Below, piece by piece: positions 9,865-20,095 of a stretch of DNA of 64,000 bases. Both the position numbers and the translations under genes were made by a program. Below the pieces are notes generated by a model, which saw nothing but the letters and a program-made list of their open reading frames with translations, did no database searches and had not been told where the DNA came from. The first letter of the stretch is position 1, and the number at the start of each line of letters is the position of its first letter. Origin of the DNA: an uncultured Bacilli bacterium (GTDB lineage Bacteria > Bacillota_I > Bacilli_A > RFN20 > CAG-288); the NCBI GenBank assembly GCA_963544395.1, contig CAUUFA010000006.1, forward strand, positions 37,997-101,996. Direction: 5' to 3'.

Positions 9865-12245
9865 CAAGAAAAGATCTGCTTTTGCAGGGTATTCGGGTTC
9901 AGGATGATCAGCAGCAGGAAGAGGCGATGGCTCTGCCGCCTTCTCTCAACGGAAAGCCTGCTGATAAAAAGAAGAAGCACGGCCTCTTCTCTCCTGCCTT
10001 GTTCAAGGAGTCCTTGCACGCCAACCGCTTGGGCTTGGCGATTGTCTCAGCGGGAAACGCGCTGATCATGATCATTATCATCATGATTCTTTCTACGCTG
10101 AACATCAATTCTACCAGTTCCGCCTTGAAGGACCTCTTCAGCAACGCCGACACAGAGACGACAATCAAATCCTCAGCGATCGGACTCTACTCCGGTATGT
10201 ACAATACCGCCTATGCATACGATACTTACCAAGACAGCGAGAAAACCATCAACGGCATCAATGCGAAGGCTGTCGCGACCGTCAACGACACCCACATCGT
10301 CACCCAGATCGATCTTGCCAAGACAGGATTCAACACTATTTATACGATTTCGACTGGCGATGAAGAAGTTAAGAACAGCACGGCCAAGAATCAGACGATG
10401 CAGCTTGTGAAGACGAAGGTCGAGACCGATTCCGCCATCTCCGACGATCTCAAACCGGTCTATATCCAAGCTTGTTCCGATTTCCTCGATGCCTATATCA
10501 AAGATAAATCCGCAGAGACGAAGACCCTCCTGATCCGCTCTCTTCCTGTCACCATCTCCTCGGCAATGGCCGAGAAACAGAAGCTTGCTCCGGAAAAGAA
10601 AGAGCAGGTTCTTACCCTGTATCAGGGTATGTTCGACCGGGTGTTCACCAAGTCTGAAGATATCACCAAGGTCTCTCCGGAGATCACCTATGACGTTCTT
10701 CCGATCCTTGCCGATGATCTGACAGGTCGCTTTGTCAAGGATACATCCGACGTGCTGAAGGCGGAGTATCTTCGTGATGCGGATCGCTACCTTGCCGATA
10801 AGACCATCGAGGATAAGCTCCTCTCTTCCCGCTGTCAGGAGTATGTCGTTGTCCTATTAGAGGAGAACGCTTATTATCAGTATCTTCCGGATTTCACAGT
10901 GCCCTATGTGACATCTGACCGCGGCTATCCAATCCGCTATGTCGGGACCGGAAAGTATGCCGATAACGGCAATGAGATCATGCAGGCTATCGAGGTGAAG
11001 ACCTACAATCCTTCTGTCTATGTCAAGATCACCGGCGATATGGGAACCACGGCGAACATGGCGCAGAAGATGCATAAGGAAGTCATCACCGGAAAGCCCT
11101 ATACAGATGCGGAAATTTCTGCTGCAAAAGAAGAAGCTTCGAAAAACATCCTGACAATGAAAAATCAAGTCAGCGACTTCATGAAAGACTTCATCACCCG
11201 GGACACCAATCATAAGAACACCTATTTTGACGGCGAGAACATCATCGATTCCGCTGTGGCAAACCGCGTTGTCCGCTTCGTCTCCAGCGCAGCGGAGAAG
11301 ATGATCATCGAGCGCTACAACAAGAACTCCGAAGTGAAAGTCAGCAGCATCGATGAGATCACGGCCTTGAATTATGCCATGGATGGGAAAACGATGCTTC
11401 ACACCGTTGAAGGCTATGCATCCTCCGGTATTGCTTCCTATAAGACGCACCTGCAGACAGCGATCGACAAAGGCTACAGCAAGGAGGATGCGGAGCTTGT
11501 CGCAACGGTCACCGGCTCGCTCGGTGTCATCGATCAGCTTCCTTCCAAGGTGGATGATTCCCTAGTCGAGATGGGCGGAATGAACACCTATGGCATCATG
11601 GTCGGTGTCGTCACCTTCGGTATCGCCGCCCTTCTGATCCCGATGGTCTATACGATCCTTCTTTCCAACAACCTGATTGCGAATAAGGTGGAGACGGGCT
11701 CTTTGGCCTTCACGCTCTCCACGCCGACGACGAGAGGCTCCTTCGTCTTCACGGAAAGTCTTTATCTCCTCTTCTCGGAGGCGGTGATGGGCTTATCCGT
11801 CCTCGCTGCTGCCCTTCTGTCTCAGCTTGTCGGTGTGGCGATGGGAGGAACGGACTTGACGACTTCCTTGCCGATCAAAGATCTCTGTTACTACTCGTTA
11901 GGAAGTTTCATGGTCACCGTCGCAGTCTCTGGCATCTGTTTCCTCTCCTCTTGCTACTTCAACAAATCCAACCGTGCCATCGCCGGAGGCGGAGGCATCA
12001 CGATCTTCTTCTACATCTGCTCGATCCTCGGTCTCTTCGGCACAAAGGCCATCCCTGCCACGGTCAGAATCAACTCGATGTCCTTCTTCAACTACTGCAC
12101 GATCGACTCACTCTTCGATGCGATGGCTGTCATGGACGGAAACTGGATGAAGTACGGGATCAAGCTCTCCGTGCTTGCCATCATCGCCTTAGTCACCTAC
12201 CTGCTCGGAGACTTGGTCTTCACGAAAAAAGATCTTCCGTTGTAA
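9858..12245 (+). CDS. ABC-2-type permease with a very large extracytoplasmic domain
   Basis: The 795-aa protein has one N-terminal TM (LGLAIVSAGNALIMIIIIMILSTL), a hydrophilic domain of about 480 aa, and then about 5 C-terminal TM helices. It overlaps the upstream ATPase gene. Confidence 0.7.
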   Translation: MLTRKDLLLQGIRVQDDQQQEEAMALPPSLNGKPADKKKKHGLFSPALFKESLHANRLGLAIVSAGNALIMIIIIMILSTLNINSTSSALKDLFSNADTETTIKSSAIGLYSGMYNTAYAYDTYQDSEKTINGINAKAVATVNDTHIVTQIDLAKTGFNTIYTISTGDEEVKNSTAKNQTMQLVKTKVETDSAISDDLKPVYIQACSDFLDAYIKDKSAETKTLLIRSLPVTISSAMAEKQKLAPEKKEQVLTLYQGMFDRVFTKSEDITKVSPEITYDVLPILADDLTGRFVKDTSDVLKAEYLRDADRYLADKTIEDKLLSSRCQEYVVVLLEENAYYQYLPDFTVPYVTSDRGYPIRYVGTGKYADNGNEIMQAIEVKTYNPSVYVKITGDMGTTANMAQKMHKEVITGKPYTDAEISAAKEEASKNILTMKNQVSDFMKDFITRDTNHKNTYFDGENIIDSAVANRVVRFVSSAAEKMIIERYNKNSEVKVSSIDEITALNYAMDGKTMLHTVEGYASSGIASYKTHLQTAIDKGYSKEDAELVATVTGSLGVIDQLPSKVDDSLVEMGGMNTYGIMVGVVTFGIAALLIPMVYTILLSNNLIANKVETGSLAFTLSTPTTRGSFVFTESLYLLFSEAVMGLSVLAAALLSQLVGVAMGGTDLTTSLPIKDLCYYSLGSFMVTVAVSGICFLSSCYFNKSNRAIAGGGGITIFFYICSILGLFGTKAIPATVRINSMSFFNYCTIDSLFDAMAVMDGNWMKYGIKLSVLAIIALVTYLLGDLVFTKKDLPL

Positions 12246-12264
12246 CAGAAAACCATATACTCTC

Positions 12265-12298
12265 TCGCCTTGGACTTCCGTCCGGGGCGATTTTATTT
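12265..12298 (+). terminator. Rho-independent terminator after the ABC permease gene
   Basis: tcgccttggac/ttcc/gtccggggcga forms an 11-bp stem (2 G-U pairs) followed by ttttattt. Confidence 0.6.
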
Positions 12299-12334
12299 CT
12301 TCCACGATTTTTTGAAGCAATCTTTTAGGGACTA

Positions 12335-12343
12335 TGGTAGAAT
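12335..12343 (+). promoter_or_regulatory. Extended -10 promoter element (TGgTAGAAT) upstream of pnp
   Basis: tggtagaat matches TGnTAnAAT and lies about 34 nt upstream of the pnp ATG. Confidence 0.4.
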
Positions 12344-12376
12344 AACCCTCGATTATCAAATATAGAGGTTCAACAA

Positions 12377-14617
12377 ATGTCAAAAGAAGTGTTCGCTCTT
12401 GATTTCTTCGGTAAGAACCTTACCGTGGAAACCGGAGAAATCGCAAAGCAGGCAGATGGATCTGTCTTGGTCAGATTCAACGATACCGCTGTCCTTTGCG
12501 CAGTCGTCGGTGCCAAGGAAGCGAAGCTCGGTCAGGATTTTTTCCCGCTCACTGTCAATTATTTCGAGAGACAGTATGCTGCCGGTAAGATTCCGGGATC
12601 CTTCTTGAGAAGAGAAGGAAGACAGTCTACCAGAGAGACGCTCTTCTCCCGTCTCATCGACCGTCCGATTCGTCCGATGTTCCCGGAAGGATATGTCAAC
12701 GAGACACAGATCACGGCCACAGTCATGTCCTGCGATCCGGATGCCGCTCCGGAGATGGCAGCCCTCTTCGGATCCTCTCTTGCCCTCTGCGTGTCCGATA
12801 TTCCGTTTGAAGGGCCGGTCGCCGGCGTTCACGTCGGCAGAGTCGACGGCAAGCTCATCATCAACCCGACGGTCGAAGAGTCCAAGAAATCCGATATCAA
12901 TCTCACTGTTGCCGGGACGGAAGCGGCCATCAACATGGTCGAAGCCGGCGCTGCCGAAGTTTCGGAAGACGATATGCTCGAGGCCTTGATGTTCGGTCAT
13001 GAGGCCATCAAGCAGCTCTGTGCCTTCCAGAAAGAGATCGTCTCTAAGTGCGGTAAAGCCAAGCGTGCTCTCAACATCTATCACATCGATGAGGCCTTTG
13101 CCGAGAAGTGCAGAAATTACATCGCTGACGGCCAGAGCGAGACTCAGGCGGTCAGAATCACGAAGGCTGTCTCCATCTTCGATAAGCTAGAGAGACAGAA
13201 CACGATTGACGCCTTGGAGAAAGAGGTCATCGATCTTGTCGATCAGGCCAATTTCGTCACCGGCGAGAAGTATGAGACGATGCAGTCCCACGATCTCGCT
13301 GTCGCCGAAGCCAAAGAGGTTTTTGAAGAAGTCGTCCGCAATGAAGTCAGAAGACTCATCACGGAAGACAAGGTCAGACCCGATGGCAGAAAGACCGATG
13401 AGATTCGTCCTCTCGACGCTCAGGTCCACCTGCTTCCGAGAGCTCATGGCTCTGCGATGTTCACCCGTGGTCAGACTCAGGTTATCTCCGCCTGTACCTT
13501 AGGCTCCCTCGATGATGCCCAGCTTTTAGACAACGTCGCAGGCGATACCGAGAAGAAGTGGATGCACCACTACAACTTCCCGCCGTTCTCTGTCGGTGAG
13601 CTCGGAAGAATGGGTACGCCAGGACGCCGTGAGATCGGCCATGGCAACTTAGGCGAAAGAGCTCTCTCTTATGTCATTCCGTCCGAAGAGGACTTCCCTT
13701 ATACCATCCGTTGCGTTGCTGAAGTCTGCGAATCCAACGGCTCTTCCTCTCAGGCTTCCATCTGTGCCTCCTGTATGGCTTTAATGGATGCTGGTGTTCC
13801 GATCAAAGCGCCGGTCAGTGGCATCGCGATGGGTCTCATCACCTCCGGCCCGCTCGATGGCAAGCACCCGTATACGATCTTAACCGATATTCAGGGTATG
13901 GAAGACCATCTCGGCGATATGGACTTCAAGGTCGCCGGTACCCCAAACGGCATCACTGCTCTGCAGATGGACATCAAGATCCGCGGCATCACGAAGGACG
14001 TGCTGAGAGAAGCACTATATCAGGCAAAGCCTGCCAGAGCCCAGATTCTCAAAGTCATGCTCGGCGCGATCTCTGAGCCGAGACAAGAACTCTCTGAGTA
14101 CGCTCTCAAGATGAAGCGGTTCAACATCGCCACCGACAAGATCAGAGAAGTTATTGGCTCCCAGGGCAAGGTCATCAACGGTATCGTCGATGCCTGCAAC
14201 AAGGAAGTCAAGATCGATATCAACGACGATGGCAGAGTCATCGTCTACTCCGTCAGCAAAGAGATGATTGAGAAGGCTTACGGCATGATCATGGACATCG
14301 CCAGAGTCCCGCAGGTCGGCGAGGTCTTCGATGCGAAGGTCGTCAGGATCGAGACTTATGGTGCCTTCGTCAACCTCTACGGCAACGTTCAGGCTTTATG
14401 TCACATCTCCAAGCTGGATTGGAAGAGAGTCGAGAAAGTTGAAGATGTCGTCAAGATGGGCGACAGACTCAAAGTCCTCATCACCGGCATCGATGATCAG
14501 GGCAGAGTCGATGTCTCTCACCGCGAATTCCTGCCGAAACCAGAAGGCTTCGTCGAGCGTCCGGATCGTCCGGAGCGTCCGAAGAGAGACTTCCATCACG
14601 ATCACAATCACCGTTAA
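12377..14617 (+). CDS. pnp: Polyribonucleotide nucleotidyltransferase (PNPase)
   Basis: The 746-aa protein has two RNase PH domains, a KH domain and an S1 domain (GEVFDAKVVRIETYGAFVNL), with a canonical N-terminus. Confidence 0.97.
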   Translation: MSKEVFALDFFGKNLTVETGEIAKQADGSVLVRFNDTAVLCAVVGAKEAKLGQDFFPLTVNYFERQYAAGKIPGSFLRREGRQSTRETLFSRLIDRPIRPMFPEGYVNETQITATVMSCDPDAAPEMAALFGSSLALCVSDIPFEGPVAGVHVGRVDGKLIINPTVEESKKSDINLTVAGTEAAINMVEAGAAEVSEDDMLEALMFGHEAIKQLCAFQKEIVSKCGKAKRALNIYHIDEAFAEKCRNYIADGQSETQAVRITKAVSIFDKLERQNTIDALEKEVIDLVDQANFVTGEKYETMQSHDLAVAEAKEVFEEVVRNEVRRLITEDKVRPDGRKTDEIRPLDAQVHLLPRAHGSAMFTRGQTQVISACTLGSLDDAQLLDNVAGDTEKKWMHHYNFPPFSVGELGRMGTPGRREIGHGNLGERALSYVIPSEEDFPYTIRCVAEVCESNGSSSQASICASCMALMDAGVPIKAPVSGIAMGLITSGPLDGKHPYTILTDIQGMEDHLGDMDFKVAGTPNGITALQMDIKIRGITKDVLREALYQAKPARAQILKVMLGAISEPRQELSEYALKMKRFNIATDKIREVIGSQGKVINGIVDACNKEVKIDINDDGRVIVYSVSKEMIEKAYGMIMDIARVPQVGEVFDAKVVRIETYGAFVNLYGNVQALCHISKLDWKRVEKVEDVVKMGDRLKVLITGIDDQGRVDVSHREFLPKPEGFVERPDRPERPKRDFHHDHNHR

Positions 14618-14625
14618 TCAGGATG

Positions 14626-14650
14626 ACCCGGAGCGCTGCTTCGGGTTTTT
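14626..14650 (+). terminator. Rho-independent terminator after pnp
   Basis: acccgga/gcgctgc/ttcgggt forms a hairpin followed by ttttt. Confidence 0.65.
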
Positions 14651-14685
14651 CTGTTAATGGATTTTACGTTTGATATAATAAAGCC

Positions 14686-16635
14686 ATGAAAAGCAAGGTT
14701 CTGACCTCATTATCCCTCTTGTCGTTCTCTCTTCTGCTTTTTTCGTGCCGGGCAAAAAATACCGGTAAGATCATCTTCGATCTCAGCGGCGGGACATGGA
14801 CAGATCCGACCTTCTCAGCCGAATATCTCGAAGGCATCGCCGGAACAAGAGTACAGGTCAGGATTCCAGAGGTCCAGAAGCCAGGCTATTTTTTTGTCGG
14901 CTGGCGCGAGATGAATCCGAAGACCAAGAAATACAGCGATGTGGCTACCTGGCAGGATGAGACCGGAGCCAAGTTTTTCAAGTACTCCTATGGAACAATC
15001 GTCTACCACGCTTACTTCGAACCGCTCACGACGCTGAAGTTTCATCTGACGAGAGCAAAGGATAGAAAAGGTGCGCTTGTCGCTCCTTTGCTGGGCTCAG
15101 AAAATTTTGATTTGGATCAAGGTGTTCTCAACGGCTATGTCTCTAAGAAGATCGCTTCGACAAGCTATCTTCCTTCCGCAACAGGTGACAACCTTCACTT
15201 CCAATATTGGTATACGAAATATCCTCTGATCAAAAAAGAGCGTCCTAGCTCTGAGGATGCCTCGTTAGGAGAAGCCTACGATACGCACTATGTCTTCGAT
15301 ACCAGCAAGGATGAAGGTGTCTATCGCTTCGATGAACAGTTCCTCGACATCGACAAGATGGAGTTTCCGGAAGCGGAGACAAACAGCATCGATCTTTATG
15401 CCTTCTGGAAGGATGATCCCAAGATGACCATTCATTTCAATCTCCCCGGCATCGATGATCAAACTTATTATTACCCGGATAAAGCTTCAGACAAACTAAT
15501 AGAAGCTGTCAAAGATGCTTTGAATATCAGCTTTGATACACAAAGCTATTATCCAATCGACTCAAAGAAATATCGCTTCGAAGGTCTTTTCCTTGACTCC
15601 AGCTTTGAATCTCCTTTTTATCTCGAGAGCGAAGACAAGAGGGAGGACTTTGACATCTATCTGAGATGGAACCGCAAAGTCAGCATCGTGCTTGATCCTG
15701 ACGGGGGTGTCCTCTCTGATGAAACCGTTTCAGGAGATTGGTATGTCAGCGATACCTTGTCGTCCGATTTTCTTGCCAAGCACACACCGATTCGGGAGAA
15801 CGCCTTTTTCCTCCGCTATGAAGTCAAAGGCAAGGCGTTTGATCCCGAAGCTCCTATTGAGGAAGAGATGCTGGATGAGAATGATCGCCTTGTCCTGAAA
15901 GCTTGTTATGACGAGTATCCGCTTCTCACCGTTTCCTTCGATTATCCAACAGGCTACTCTGGCGAGAAGAAAGACGATGTGAAGAGGCAGGTCCGCCCTG
16001 GAGAAGACATCAGCGCCTTTTTAGAAGCGACCAGATCCGAAATCACCGATCCTGTGCTCTCTGTCGGCAACTACAGCTGCGCATCGTCTTCCTTACCTCG
16101 TGTCATGCCGAAAGTCTCCCTCTCTCTGTCCCTCCGGCTTGACTATCGTGCGAAGATCAAGATCATCTCTCTTTATAACCCTTCAGGATCCTATGTTCAG
16201 GATGAGAGCCTGCTTCCGGGGCAGAGCGTTTTGATGCAGGATACGCCGATGAATCTCGCTGATTTTCCGGGTGTGAATGAAGCGGTTGTGATCGCAGATC
16301 GGAAGTATCTTTTCCACGGGTACTTTCAGGATACTGCTCTGACGAAAGAGGTTGAATTCCCGCTCTATTGTTCTCCTTCTCACACCGACCAAGAGGTTTT
16401 GACTTACTATCGGAAGATGACGAAAGCCGTCCGCCTTTCCTTCTTTGACCTTTCGACAGGTCAGGAGATCGACGGAACGCTTAGCGTCCTTCCTTCCGCC
16501 TCTCTTGAAGATTACCAAAGCCAGCTGCAGGCGCTTGTTGGCTCTTACTCGCATCTCTATGCCGATGCGGCTAAGACAATCGAGATCCTGACCCTTCTTC
16601 CGGATAGCGATTGCACCCTCTATGTCGAGCGTTAG
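14686..16635 (+). CDS. Surface lipoprotein with Listeria-Bacteroides-type (Flg_new) repeat-like segments
   Basis: The signal peptide ends in the lipobox LLFSC. IFDLSGGTW...KPGYFFVGWRE resembles the Flg_new repeat. There is no catalytic motif. Confidence 0.55.
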   Translation: MKSKVLTSLSLLSFSLLLFSCRAKNTGKIIFDLSGGTWTDPTFSAEYLEGIAGTRVQVRIPEVQKPGYFFVGWREMNPKTKKYSDVATWQDETGAKFFKYSYGTIVYHAYFEPLTTLKFHLTRAKDRKGALVAPLLGSENFDLDQGVLNGYVSKKIASTSYLPSATGDNLHFQYWYTKYPLIKKERPSSEDASLGEAYDTHYVFDTSKDEGVYRFDEQFLDIDKMEFPEAETNSIDLYAFWKDDPKMTIHFNLPGIDDQTYYYPDKASDKLIEAVKDALNISFDTQSYYPIDSKKYRFEGLFLDSSFESPFYLESEDKREDFDIYLRWNRKVSIVLDPDGGVLSDETVSGDWYVSDTLSSDFLAKHTPIRENAFFLRYEVKGKAFDPEAPIEEEMLDENDRLVLKACYDEYPLLTVSFDYPTGYSGEKKDDVKRQVRPGEDISAFLEATRSEITDPVLSVGNYSCASSSLPRVMPKVSLSLSLRLDYRAKIKIISLYNPSGSYVQDESLLPGQSVLMQDTPMNLADFPGVNEAVVIADRKYLFHGYFQDTALTKEVEFPLYCSPSHTDQEVLTYYRKMTKAVRLSFFDLSTGQEIDGTLSVLPSASLEDYQSQLQALVGSYSHLYADAAKTIEILTLLPDSDCTLYVER

Positions 16636-16742
16636 TTTCCGATTCTTTATTTGAATATTTACATATATTGAATATAATAATTTGGCTGTGAAATATGTTT
16701 TCATCTGCCCCATTCGTCCAGTGAGAAAGAAAGCGTAAGAAA

Positions 16743-17858
16743 ATGAGTTTAACTGCAGGTATCGTCGGACTTCCCAACGTCGGCAAGTCCACCCTCTTCA
16801 ACGCCATCACCAACAACAATGTTTTGGCGGCAAACTATCCTTTTGCCACCATCGATCCTTCGACCGGCGTCGTGGAAGTCAAGGATCCGAGATTTGATGA
16901 GCTCGTCAAGATCTTCAAACCGAAAAAGCAGGTCAGAGCGACCTTTGAGTTTACGGATATTGCCGGTTTGGTCAAAGGCGCAAGCAAAGGCGAAGGCTTA
17001 GGGAATCAGTTCCTAGGGAACATCCGCAACACCGACGCCATCATCCATGTCGTCCGTTGCTTTGATTCTCCGGAGATTATCACCTACAACGGCAGACCGG
17101 TCGATCCGATCGCCGATGTCACCGAGATCAACTTGGAGCTGATTCTTTCCGATATCGATGTCCTGCAGAAGAGGCTGGAAAAAGTCGAACGCAAAGCTTT
17201 GACCACCAAGGACAAAGACGGTTTGACGGAGACTAGCGCAATCCACAAGCTGTTAGACGGACTTCAGCATGAGAAGATGGCAAGAGACATCCCTCTCTCC
17301 TCCGATGAGGAGCGCTTCACCGCGAATTTCAATCTCATCACCATGAAGCCGGTCATCTACGTAGCCAACGTCAATGAAGATGCCTACGCAGATCCAATGG
17401 CGGATCCTTACTACAAAGCCCTGTACGAGTTTGCCGCTTCCACGAGGAACCAGTGCATTCCGGTTTCGGCACAGACCGAGTATGACCTCTCCAAGGTTTC
17501 CCCGGAAGAGAGAGCCGAATATCTCGAATCCTTGGGAACGACGATGACCGGATTAGACAAAGTGACGATGGCTGCCTATAGCATTCTCGGCCTGAAGACT
17601 TTCTTCACAGGCGGCGAGGACGAGGTCAGAGCCTGGACCTTCCACGACGGAATGACCGCTCCGGAGTGCGCCGGTATCATTCACACGGACTTCCAGAAGA
17701 CCTTCATCAAAGCGGAAGTCTACTCTTACGATGACATCAGCACGCTCGGCACTGAGCTTGCGGTCCGTGAGGCCGGAAAGATGATGACAGTCGGAAAAGA
17801 CTACCATGTCAAGGACGGAGACGTCCTTTACATCAAAGCGGGAGCAGCGAAAAAGTAA
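16743..17858 (+). CDS. ychF: Ribosome-binding ATPase YchF
   Basis: GIVGLPNVGKSTLFNA is a P-loop. The TGS-like C-terminus and 371-aa length fit YchF. Confidence 0.95.
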   Translation: MSLTAGIVGLPNVGKSTLFNAITNNNVLAANYPFATIDPSTGVVEVKDPRFDELVKIFKPKKQVRATFEFTDIAGLVKGASKGEGLGNQFLGNIRNTDAIIHVVRCFDSPEIITYNGRPVDPIADVTEINLELILSDIDVLQKRLEKVERKALTTKDKDGLTETSAIHKLLDGLQHEKMARDIPLSSDEERFTANFNLITMKPVIYVANVNEDAYADPMADPYYKALYEFAASTRNQCIPVSAQTEYDLSKVSPEERAEYLESLGTTMTGLDKVTMAAYSILGLKTFFTGGEDEVRAWTFHDGMTAPECAGIIHTDFQKTFIKAEVYSYDDISTLGTELAVREAGKMMTVGKDYHVKDGDVLYIKAGAAKK

Positions 17859-17859
17859 T

Positions 17860-18348
17860 ATGGATATCCGCACAGGTTTCGGCTACGACATCCATCGGCT
17901 TCTTCCCGCCGAGGGAAAGCGCCCGTTTCTTCTTGCCGGGGTCAGAATCGATGGCCAGTATGCGATCGATGCTCACTCCGATGGAGACATCGTGCTGCAT
18001 GCGCTCTCCAATGCGATCTTAAGCGGCTTAGGCTTAGCGGATATCGGATACTACTTTCCGGACAGCAAGGAAGCCACCCGTGATATGAGCAGTGAAAGGA
18101 TTCTCTCCTTCGCGCTTTCTCAGATGCAGGAGATGGGCTATCAGCTCAGCAATGTGGTGGTCGACATTGTCTTAGAGGAGCCGAAGATCAAACCCTATCG
18201 GGATGAGATCCGGCAGAGCCTTGCTCGGCTGCTGAACTTGGATGTTTCGAGGATCGGGCTAAGCGCCAACACCGGGGAGAAGATCGGTGTCGTCGGCCGT
18301 TCGGAAGGAATCGTCGTCTACAGCAGTGTCCTGCTGTTTCAAGAATGA
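17860..18348 (+). CDS. ispF: 2-C-methyl-D-erythritol 2,4-cyclodiphosphate synthase
   Basis: MDIRTGFGYDIHRL...HSDGDIVLHA is the IspF signature. The start was set at MDIRTG (17860), 2 nt after the ychF stop. Confidence 0.9.
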   Translation: MDIRTGFGYDIHRLLPAEGKRPFLLAGVRIDGQYAIDAHSDGDIVLHALSNAILSGLGLADIGYYFPDSKEATRDMSSERILSFALSQMQEMGYQLSNVVVDIVLEEPKIKPYRDEIRQSLARLLNLDVSRIGLSANTGEKIGVVGRSEGIVVYSSVLLFQE

Positions 18349-18356
18349 GGTGAATT

Positions 18357-20012
18357 ATGGAAATTACACAAGCGATCAAGGATGAGCTGAAGAACGTCTT
18401 TGCCCTTTTGGGCGGATCGGTCCGGGATGAGGACATCGTCCTTCAGAAGTCCGATAACCGCGGGCACGGAGATTATGCGTCGAACTTGGCGCTTCGCATG
18501 GGGAAAACCATGGGGCTCAAGCCGATTGAGCTGGCGGAGAAGATCGCCCAGGCTTTCACGTTGGACGGCGTCGATCATGTCGAAGCTGTCATGCCAGGCT
18601 TCCTGAACTTCTTCCTGAAGCAGGATGCGCTTGGGGCTGTCTTAGAGGAGATTGTCAACCACAAGGAGCACTTCGGTGATCTCACGATCGGCAAGGGCAT
18701 CAAGGTGGATATCGAATACGTCTCTGCTAACCCGACAGGAACGCTTCACCTCGGTCACGCCCGAGGCGCAGCCTTAGGCGATTGCCTTGCTAGGCTTTAT
18801 CAGAAGAGCGGCTATCAGGTCACCCGTGAATACTACATCAACGATGCCGGCGTTCAGATGGAACACCTTGCGGAATCCTTAGAGGCAAGGTACTTGCAGG
18901 AGTTTGGTATCGACAGCAAGGTTCCGGATGACGGTTATCACGGCCCGGAGATCATCGCGCTGGCCAAAGCGCTCAAGGAAGAGATCGGCGACCGTTATGT
19001 CAAAAACTCCCACGAGCATCTTCCTGAATTCAGGAAATACGGCGGCGATCATCTTCTTGATGCCATCAAGAAGGACCTCCACGATTTCCGTGTCGATCAA
19101 GATGTCTACACCTCCGAGAAAGCCATCCGCGATCGCGGAGATGTCGAGCGTGTGTTGGAAAAATTAAAACCCTTCTGCTATGAGAAAGACGGCGCCTTGT
19201 GGCTCAACACGACCAAGGACGGAGATGATAAGGACCGTGTTCTGATCAAGAGCGATGGTACCTACACCTATCTTCTTCCCGACATCGCCTATCACAACGA
19301 TAAGTTCAGTCGGGGATTCGATCGTCTCATCGATCTCTTTGGCGCTGATCATCACGGCTATATCGCCAGAATCAAAGCTTCGCAGAAGGATCTTGGTCAC
19401 GATCCGGATAGCCTTCAGGTCTGCTTGGTTCAGATGGTCCGTCTCTTCAAGGACGGCGAAGAGTTCAAAATGAGCAAGCGCACCGGCAACGCCATCACCA
19501 TGAAGGAGCTCATCGAGGAAGTCGGCGTCGATGCAACCCGATACTTCTTCGTCAGCCGCAGCGCAGAGTCCCATCTCGATTTCGATATCGATCTGGCCAA
19601 GACGCTCGGCAGCGAAAATCCGGTTTATTACGCTCAGTACACCCATGCCCGTCTCTGCGGTATCATGAGAAACGCGGCTTCCTTCTATCCGATCGATTAC
19701 CGCTCCGATCTGCTGACGACGACATCCGAAGCAAACCTCCTTCTCCTGCTGAAGGAATTCCCGACAGTCATCGAGAATGCGACCAAGGAGAACGAGCCCT
19801 ACAAGATCACCAACTACATCCACGACCTCGCTCAGTCTGTCAACGAGTTCTATACGAAGTGCCGGGTCATCGACGATAGCGCCATCGACCTGACCAAGGA
19901 GAGGCTGGGCTTAGTGGAAGCCTGCTCCATCGTCTTACATAATGCACTTGATCTCATCGGTGTCTCTGCCCCGGAAAAGATGGTTTCTCTGGACAAAGAA
20001 GAAATTCGCTGA
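18357..20012 (+). CDS. argS: Arginine--tRNA ligase
   Basis: It has the class I motifs ANPTGTLHLGHARG (HIGH) and KMSKRTGN (KMSK). The protein is 551 aa. Confidence 0.95.
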   Translation: MEITQAIKDELKNVFALLGGSVRDEDIVLQKSDNRGHGDYASNLALRMGKTMGLKPIELAEKIAQAFTLDGVDHVEAVMPGFLNFFLKQDALGAVLEEIVNHKEHFGDLTIGKGIKVDIEYVSANPTGTLHLGHARGAALGDCLARLYQKSGYQVTREYYINDAGVQMEHLAESLEARYLQEFGIDSKVPDDGYHGPEIIALAKALKEEIGDRYVKNSHEHLPEFRKYGGDHLLDAIKKDLHDFRVDQDVYTSEKAIRDRGDVERVLEKLKPFCYEKDGALWLNTTKDGDDKDRVLIKSDGTYTYLLPDIAYHNDKFSRGFDRLIDLFGADHHGYIARIKASQKDLGHDPDSLQVCLVQMVRLFKDGEEFKMSKRTGNAITMKELIEEVGVDATRYFFVSRSAESHLDFDIDLAKTLGSENPVYYAQYTHARLCGIMRNAASFYPIDYRSDLLTTTSEANLLLLLKEFPTVIENATKENEPYKITNYIHDLAQSVNEFYTKCRVIDDSAIDLTKERLGLVEACSIVLHNALDLIGVSAPEKMVSLDKEEIR

Positions 20013-20095
20013 TCCCTATTGACTTACGATTCTAGGGTGTGTAGTTTAAAGCTGTCAATTGCATCTGAATGAATGATAAAGGAGATTCAATCATC

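Noticed and set aside
12380-13084. Long antisense or alternative-frame ORFs inside well-supported genes, for example 12380-13084(-) in pnp, 4908-5747(+) and 5069-5662(-) in the M32 gene, 19164-19823(-) in argS, 25922-26710(-) in pgi, 55598-56257(-) in the binding-protein gene, 60572-61222(-) in the GH13 gene and 36157-36792(-) in the FAD gene
   Set aside because: Each lies entirely within a gene whose product has strong family motifs. Their translations are low-complexity (Ser/Arg/Pro- or Ile/Asp/Gly-rich), have no motifs and have no RBS. They are typical shadow ORFs in coding sequence with a GC-rich third codon position.
18349-18356. T-box leader upstream of argS
   Set aside because: argS starts 8 nt after ispF, so there is no room for a leader.
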